NCBI GenBank assembly: GCA_040751795.1
Contig: JBFMHR010000004.1
Location: forward strand, 96,001-160,000
Direction: 5' to 3'
Length of the DNA: 64,000 bases
From: Thermoplasmatota archaeon
Lineage (GTDB): Archaea > Thermoplasmatota > Thermoplasmata > UBA10834
Notes under the pieces: generated by a model
Told to the model about the DNA's origin: nothing
Databases searched by the model: none
What the model saw: the letters and a program-made list of their open reading frames with translations, nothing else
Position numbers and translations under genes: made by a program
Shown: positions 58,843 through 64,000 of the stretch, piece after piece
Layout of the letters: each line of letters opens with the position of its first letter
How positions within the stretch are numbered: the first letter of the stretch is position 1

Positions 58843-59286
58843 TCACTTGGCGAAGTTCTGGGCGGTCTCCTCCCTGTCCATGGACTCCCCCAGGACCTGG
58901 CCGAGGATGACCCCTATGAACCCGCCCAGGACTATGACGAGGAGGGGTATGACGGTCATGTTGACGAAGAACATGAAGTAGAGGCCCGGGAAGATGATGG
59001 AGAAGTCGTATATCGTGAACGGGGCCGAGTACGCGGCGACGGCTATCGCGTAGCCGATGGCCACGTACAGCAGGACGGTGACTATGGCGAGGTCGGTCCT
59101 CCTCGTCAGGTACCCGGACGGCATCCCGAACATGATCGCCAGGAGGAAGAGCACGAGCATGTTCTTGTCCAGGGAGGGCGTGGTCAGGTTGGGGAAGATG
59201 AAGTCGAAGAAGACGAATGCGACCCCCGGGGCGCTCATGAGCGCCATCACCAGCATCCTCCTCCAGTCCTCGCCCCTGACCCTCAC
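58843..59286 (-). CDS. Hypothetical 4TM membrane protein
   Basis: Four hydrophobic helices; GTG start overlaps the upstream stop. Confidence 0.7.
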   Translation of the reverse strand: MRVRGEDWRRMLVMALMSAPGVAFVFFDFIFPNLTTPSLDKNMLVLFLLAIMFGMPSGYLTRRTDLAIVTVLLYVAIGYAIAVAAYSAPFTIYDFSIIFPGLYFMFFVNMTVIPLLVIVLGGFIGVILGQVLGESMDREETAQNFAK

Positions 59287-59885
59287 AGGTACTCGCCCCC
59301 GTAGTAGGTCCTCTCGATCCTGACCAGGTCGTTGAGGTAGAGCTCCCTGTAGTACTGGTAGTCGTGGTCGAAGCCGCCGGTGAAGGCGGTCATCCTGAAG
59401 TCGTGGACGAAGGGCATCGTCTCCAGGGTGTAGTCCTCGCCCTGGCCGGCCGAGTAGGAGATGAAGTCGAGGAGCCTCTGTAGGGTGGCGCCCGCCGGCA
59501 CCACGGCCCTGTACGAGACGGTGGTCGTGCTCTCGGCGGGGAACACGACCCCTTCGCTGGAGCTGTTGTAGGCCGAGGCCACGAACACGAACGAGGGGAC
59601 GTCGTCGGTCGAGTTGTCCACCCTGACCGCCCAGCTCATGGAGTGGACCGCCAGGTCCTTGTCGGACGGGTTGTAGACGTCGATCGACAGCGACACCATC
59701 AGCGAGCCGTTGTCCAGCTCCTCGGCCGCCTCGACCGCGTCCCTGAGCTCGACCCCCTGCCTCGCCTCCATCACGTCGGCGTAGGTCAGCGTGGAGTACA
59801 CGAGCGCCCCCGTGAAGAACAGGGCCGCTGCGACGGTGAGCGCGCTGACGAACCACCGCTTCCTCAGGTCCGATACCACTCCCAT
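59283..59885 (-). CDS. Hypothetical membrane-anchored protein (LEA_2-like beta domain)
   Basis: N-terminal TM helix and V.NPS motif. Confidence 0.65.
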   Translation of the reverse strand: MGVVSDLRKRWFVSALTVAAALFFTGALVYSTLTYADVMEARQGVELRDAVEAAEELDNGSLMVSLSIDVYNPSDKDLAVHSMSWAVRVDNSTDDVPSFVFVASAYNSSSEGVVFPAESTTTVSYRAVVPAGATLQRLLDFISYSAGQGEDYTLETMPFVHDFRMTAFTGGFDHDYQYYRELYLNDLVRIERTYYGGEYL

Positions 59886-59913
59886 TCCGACGACCCCCCT
59901 CGGCCGGGCGGCG

Positions 59914-62037
59914 CTAGGGCGCCTGCCCGTAGAGGTAGCACGCCACCTCGTGGCCCCCGCCGGTGTCGAACTTGGGGGGCTCCTTGACCGTGATGAACTT
60001 CACCGCGACGGCGACCTTCGGGCCCTTGGCCGGCCTCTGCTGCACGCCCGCGACCGCCTTGGCGCACCTGTCCCCCGCGGCCGCCCTCTCCTTGAAGTAG
60101 GCCTGCAGGGCGGCGCCCAGCCTCCTCCAGTCCTCCTCGGGGCCCATGACCCTGACGAGGACCTTCTTCCCGTCCACCTTGACGGGCATCATGGCCCTCC
60201 CGAGCTCGGGGCTGTGGTCCCGGGCGAACTCCGAGCGCACCTCCCCCGCGATGTCCATGGCGACCTTCTTCGCGGGCTCCTTCGCCCCCCCGCAGGTGAC
60301 CGTCACGGTCCTCTTCCCCGGGTCGCCGACGATCCCCTTCACGCCCTTGAACTCGGGCCGGTTCTTGCGCCTGTGGTGCCTGACGAGGTCCTTCATGAAC
60401 GCCTGCGCCACCTCCACGTTCTCGGCGGCCGTCTCCGCGACCTCCAGGACGCACCTGCCCGCCTCGGCCCGTATGTCGGTCACGACCCCGTGCATCGGGT
60501 GCTTCGGGTCGCCGTACTTGACGGCCGCGGCGAGCTGGGGGCGCACCCTCTGGGGGTCATCGCAGCGCACGACCACGAGCTTGGCCGTCTGGTCGACCGC
60601 GACGTCCGCCGCGCGGGCTATGCCCGGGACGTCCTGGCGCTTCGCGCCCCTGACGAGCCTCCTGACGAAGGCGGCGGCGGCCTCGAGGTTCTTCCTGGAG
60701 GACATGCCGACAGTGATGGTTATGGTGCTCCCCCTGCGCGTTATGTCGGAGATTATCGCGTGCATCGGGTGGTCCGGCTCCCTGTACCTGGCCACCGACT
60801 CCAGGAGGGAGAAGAGCTCCCTGGCCAGGTCCTCGGAGGTCAGGGACGCCTGCCCGCAGGCTATCTCCACGACCCTGTCGCCCATGACGGTGTCGATGGC
60901 CTCCACGGCCTCGAACATGGGCACGGTCGCCCTGAGCTGGGACGCCCTGTCCCTGAGGTACGCCAGGATGTCGTCCGGCCTGGCCCCCTCCCTGAGGTGG
61001 AACCCGAGGACGAAGCCGTCGGGGTGGACCTTCTCGACGTCCCTGCCTATCGTGGCGTCGGGCTTCATGGCCCCCTGCGACTCCAGCCACTCGACGAGGT
61101 CCTCCCCCTGCCACCCGCAGGCCCTGAAGGCCTTGGGGCACCTGGGCCTGAACCTGCAGCCGAGGGGCACGTTGGCAGCGCTCGGTATCTCGCCCTTGAT
61201 CTTGATCCTCCCGTGCTTCGCCTCGGGGTCCGGCACGGGCACCGCGGACAGGAGCGCCTGCGTGTAGGGGTGCTTCGGCTCGAATATGACCTTGTCCGTC
61301 TCCCCGAGCTCCACGATGCTCCCCAGGTACATGACGCCGAGGCGGTCGCTGACGTACCTCGCGACGGCTATGTCGTGCGTGATGAAGAGGTAGGGTATGC
61401 CGTACTTGTCCCTGAGGTCGAGCATGAGGTTCAGGACGCCCGCCCTGATGGACACGTCGAGCATGGAGACGGGCTCGTCCGCGACTATGACCTTGGGCTT
61501 GATTACCAGCGCCCTGGCTATGGCGACCCTCTGCCTCTGCCCGCCGCTGAGCTCGTGCGGGAACCTGGCGAGGTACTCCTTCGCCGGCGCCAGCCCCGCG
61601 TCCTCCAGCGCCTGGACGACCATCTCGACCCTCTCCTCGAAGGTGTCGCCTATGTTGTGGTTCAGGAGGGGCTCCATTATGGTCTGGAGGACCGTGGTCC
61701 TCGGGTTGAGGGACTCGTACGGGTCCTGGAACACCATCTGGATGTTGCGCCTGAAGATCTTGACGTCCTCGCCCTCGAGGAGGGCGATGTCCCTGCCGAG
61801 GAAGAAGACGAACCCGTCGGTCGGGTCCTCGAGCCTCGTGAGGAGCCTCCCGGTGGTCGTCTTGCCGCAGCCGCTCTCGCCCACCAGGCCGAGGATCTCC
61901 CCAGACCTTATGTCGAAGCCGACGTCGTCCACGGCCTTGACCACGGGGACGTCCCTGCTGAACGACAGGAAGCCCTGCTTGAGCTCGAAGTACTTCTTGA
62001 GGTCCCTGACCTTGATGATGACCTCCCCCGCGGGCAT
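59914..62037 (-). CDS. Oligopeptide ABC transporter ATP-binding subunit (OppF-like) with large C-terminal insertion
   Basis: [32 protein letters not shown] and final HEVACYL. Confidence 0.9.
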   Translation of the reverse strand: MPAGEVIIKVRDLKKYFELKQGFLSFSRDVPVVKAVDDVGFDIRSGEILGLVGESGCGKTTTGRLLTRLEDPTDGFVFFLGRDIALLEGEDVKIFRRNIQMVFQDPYESLNPRTTVLQTIMEPLLNHNIGDTFEERVEMVVQALEDAGLAPAKEYLARFPHELSGGQRQRVAIARALVIKPKVIVADEPVSMLDVSIRAGVLNLMLDLRDKYGIPYLFITHDIAVARYVSDRLGVMYLGSIVELGETDKVIFEPKHPYTQALLSAVPVPDPEAKHGRIKIKGEIPSAANVPLGCRFRPRCPKAFRACGWQGEDLVEWLESQGAMKPDATIGRDVEKVHPDGFVLGFHLREGARPDDILAYLRDRASQLRATVPMFEAVEAIDTVMGDRVVEIACGQASLTSEDLARELFSLLESVARYREPDHPMHAIISDITRRGSTITITVGMSSRKNLEAAAAFVRRLVRGAKRQDVPGIARAADVAVDQTAKLVVVRCDDPQRVRPQLAAAVKYGDPKHPMHGVVTDIRAEAGRCVLEVAETAAENVEVAQAFMKDLVRHHRRKNRPEFKGVKGIVGDPGKRTVTVTCGGAKEPAKKVAMDIAGEVRSEFARDHSPELGRAMMPVKVDGKKVLVRVMGPEEDWRRLGAALQAYFKERAAAGDRCAKAVAGVQQRPAKGPKVAVAVKFITVKEPPKFDTGGGHEVACYLYGQAP

Positions 62038-63356
62038 CAGGCACCCCTCCTGAGCCTGTCCCAGAGCTCGGCGGCGAAGTGGCAGAACGAGGTGTGGCCC
62101 GGCTCTATCTCCACGCCCTTCGGCCTCTCCAGCCTGCACCTCTCCTGGGCGTACTGGCACCTCGGGTGGAACGGGCAGCCGCTCGGCGGGTTGACGAGGT
62201 CCGGCGGGAACCCGGGTATGGACGCTAGCCTCCTCTTCGGCCCCTTTATGGAGGGGAAGGAGTTCAGGAGGCCGGCCGTGTAGGGGTGGGCGGTGTTCTT
62301 GAAGACCTGCGGGGTCCCGCCCAGCTCCATCATCATGCCGGCGTACATGACGCCTATCATGTCCGAGACCTCCGCCACGACCGAGACGTCGTGGGTGATG
62401 ATCATCATGGCCATGTTCCACTCCTGCTGGAGCTTCTTGATCTCGACCAGGATGCGGTCCTGGGTGATGACGTCGAGGGCCGTGGTCGGCTCGTCCGCGA
62501 TGATGAACGAGGGGGACAGGGCCAGCGCGAGGGCGATCATGGCCCTCTGCTTCATCCCCCCGCTGAACTCGTGCGGGTAGTTGCCTATCCTGTCCGGGTT
62601 TATGCCGACGAACTCGAATAGCTCCTTGGCCCGCTTCTCGGCCGCGGCGTCGTCGACCTCCTCGTGGAGCTGGATGGCCTCCTTGATCTGGTCCCCGACC
62701 TTGAAGACGGGGTTGAAGGCGTTCATGGCGCCCTGGAATATCATGGATATCTCGGTCCACCTGATCTTGCGGATGTCCTCGTTGTAGTCGTCGAGGGTGC
62801 CGTCCTTGCGGATGGAGAGGGAGAGGAGGTCGTGCCTGTTCTCCAGGGCCGCGAGCCTGAGCTTCGCGTCCCCTGCGTCGGGGCCGCCCGCGCCCGCCTG
62901 GGCCCGCACCCTCCTCAGCTCCTTGTCGTGCGCCTTCCTGATGCCGCTGAGCCGCGAGGCCTCCAGCTTGTCGAGCTTCGCGTGGAGCTTCTCCTCTTCG
63001 GCCTTCGTCGCGCCGCCCTTGCCCCTGGCCACGAGCTCGGCCAGGGCCTTCGTCGCGTCGGCGATCTGCCTGCTGACGGCCTCCTGCGACGCCTCGAACC
63101 TCGCCTCGTACTCGCGCCGGTACGCGGCGACCTTCTCCGGCTCCTTGTAGAAGATGTGTCCGCCCTTGATGTGCCCGTTCGGGGGCAGGAGCTGCGTTAT
63201 GGCGTACGCCGCGGTGGTCTTGCCGCAGCCGCTCTCGCCGACCAGGCCCATGGTCTGGCCGGAGTCGATGCTGAAGCTGACGCCGTCAACGGCCTTGACC
63301 CAGCCGTCGTGTATCTTGAAGTGCACCCTCAGGTCCTTCACTTCGAGCAGGGCCAT
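62037..63356 (-). CDS. Oligopeptide ABC transporter ATP-binding subunit (OppD-like) with helical insertion
   Basis: [29 protein letters not shown] and GCPFHPRC motifs. Confidence 0.92.
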   Translation of the reverse strand: MALLEVKDLRVHFKIHDGWVKAVDGVSFSIDSGQTMGLVGESGCGKTTAAYAITQLLPPNGHIKGGHIFYKEPEKVAAYRREYEARFEASQEAVSRQIADATKALAELVARGKGGATKAEEEKLHAKLDKLEASRLSGIRKAHDKELRRVRAQAGAGGPDAGDAKLRLAALENRHDLLSLSIRKDGTLDDYNEDIRKIRWTEISMIFQGAMNAFNPVFKVGDQIKEAIQLHEEVDDAAAEKRAKELFEFVGINPDRIGNYPHEFSGGMKQRAMIALALALSPSFIIADEPTTALDVITQDRILVEIKKLQQEWNMAMMIITHDVSVVAEVSDMIGVMYAGMMMELGGTPQVFKNTAHPYTAGLLNSFPSIKGPKRRLASIPGFPPDLVNPPSGCPFHPRCQYAQERCRLERPKGVEIEPGHTSFCHFAAELWDRLRRGA

Positions 63357-63360
63357 GTCG

Positions 63361-64000
63361 TCACCTCTTCCTCAGGCGCGGGTTGACTACCTCGTCGAAC
63401 GCCCGGCCTATCAGGTAGAACGCGAGGGAGAGGAGGGTGATGGCTATGCCCGGCGGCAGGAGCCACCAGGGCGCGTCCAGCGAGTGCCCGCTGATCTGCA
63501 GGTACTGGAGCATCATCCCCCAGGTTATGTTCGTCGGGTCCCCGAAGCCCAGGAACGCCAGGATCGCCTCCGTGACTATGGCGCCGCTGATGCTGAAGGT
63601 CATGTAGAGGAAGGTGAAGGGCAGGACGTTGGGGCCTATGTGCCTGAATATGAGGCGGCTGTCGGAGGCGCCCGACACTATGGCCGCGTCGACGAAGGCC
63701 CTCTCCTTTATGGAGAGGGTCACGGAGCGGATGACCCTCGCTATGCCCGCCCACGACAGGATGGCGAATATGATGACTATGTTCATCAGCGAGGGCCCGA
63801 AGGCGGCCGCGAAGAGGAGCATGATGACCAGGTAGGGCAGGCTCAGCATGACGTCGGTGGTCCTCATCAGGAGGTCGTCAATGAGGCCGGAGTAGAAGCC
63901 GGCCACGAGGCCGACTATGGTGCCTATGACCACGGAGAAGAACGCCGCGGTTATGCCCACCATGAGCTCCGCCCTGGTGCCGAACATGACCTGGGTGAGT
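63361..64000 (-). CDS. Oligopeptide ABC transporter permease (OppC-like), 5'-partial
   Basis: EAA-like loop FVDAAIVSGAS, LGFGDP..ITWG and WW...PG...NPRLR. Confidence 0.92.
   Translation of the reverse strand, partial: LTQVMFGTRAELMVGITAAFFSVVIGTIVGLVAGFYSGLIDDLLMRTTDVMLSLPYLVIMLLFAAAFGPSLMNIVIIFAILSWAGIARVIRSVTLSIKERAFVDAAIVSGASDSRLIFRHIGPNVLPFTFLYMTFSISGAIVTEAILAFLGFGDPTNITWGMMLQYLQISGHSLDAPWWLLPPGIAITLLSLAFYLIGRAFDEVVNPRLRKR

Noticed and set aside
59960-61110. Intein in the OppF insertion
   Set aside because: No His-Asn/Cys-Ser-Thr C-terminal splice junction or LAGLIDADG motif is visible.
133-63835. Many long alternative-frame ORFs, for example the N-terminal parts of 1912-4506 and 22459-25374, and 59791-62283, 11404-12981 and 20585-22255
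   Set aside because: R/G/P-rich shadow frames overlapping well-supported genes, as expected in high-GC DNA. Starts were trimmed to the motif-bearing portions.
1-64000. CRISPR array, rRNA, diversity-generating retroelement or IS transposase
   Set aside because: No regularly spaced repeats, rRNA-like tract, reverse transcriptase or transposase motifs were seen.

Overview
GC-rich archaeal chromosome segment, most likely from an uncultured Thermoplasmata lineage. This is an inference from the thermosome, PAN, aMBF1, Rpo11, Hef and archease together with bacterial-type dnaK/dnaJ/grpE and cysE/cysK. Positions 1-44.4 kb and 55.1-64 kb are mostly housekeeping: peptidases, mevalonate pathway, chaperones, tRNA synthetases, pyrD/pyrK, Fe-S assembly and an oligopeptide ABC transporter, plus tRNA-Cys and tRNA-Thr. 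The standout region is a visibly lower-GC island of about 10.6 kb (44.5-55.1 kb) anchored at tRNA-Arg(CCT). It carries a tyrosine integrase, a serine recombinase, a wHTH protein and an RHH protein, followed by a string of small zinc-ribbon/membrane genes. These cargo genes are punctuated by at least five further tRNA-Arg-derived sites. Three of those sites have an arm with exactly conserved spacing (TGATTGA-N14-WTACTGG-N13-CGAATCC) that is mirrored inside the integrase 3' end. Repeated leader and trailer sequences frame unrelated ORFs, which suggests a tRNA-anchored, integron-like cassette-accretion system. Other oddities: a tRNA-Cys with C73, a Hef with a degenerate nuclease motif, OppD/OppF with large insertions, three tandem secreted paralogs with shared leaders, a non-pyrrolysine MttB and an unannotated 50-aa Cys-rich ORF. 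All protein calls come from recalled motifs; no database searches were run.
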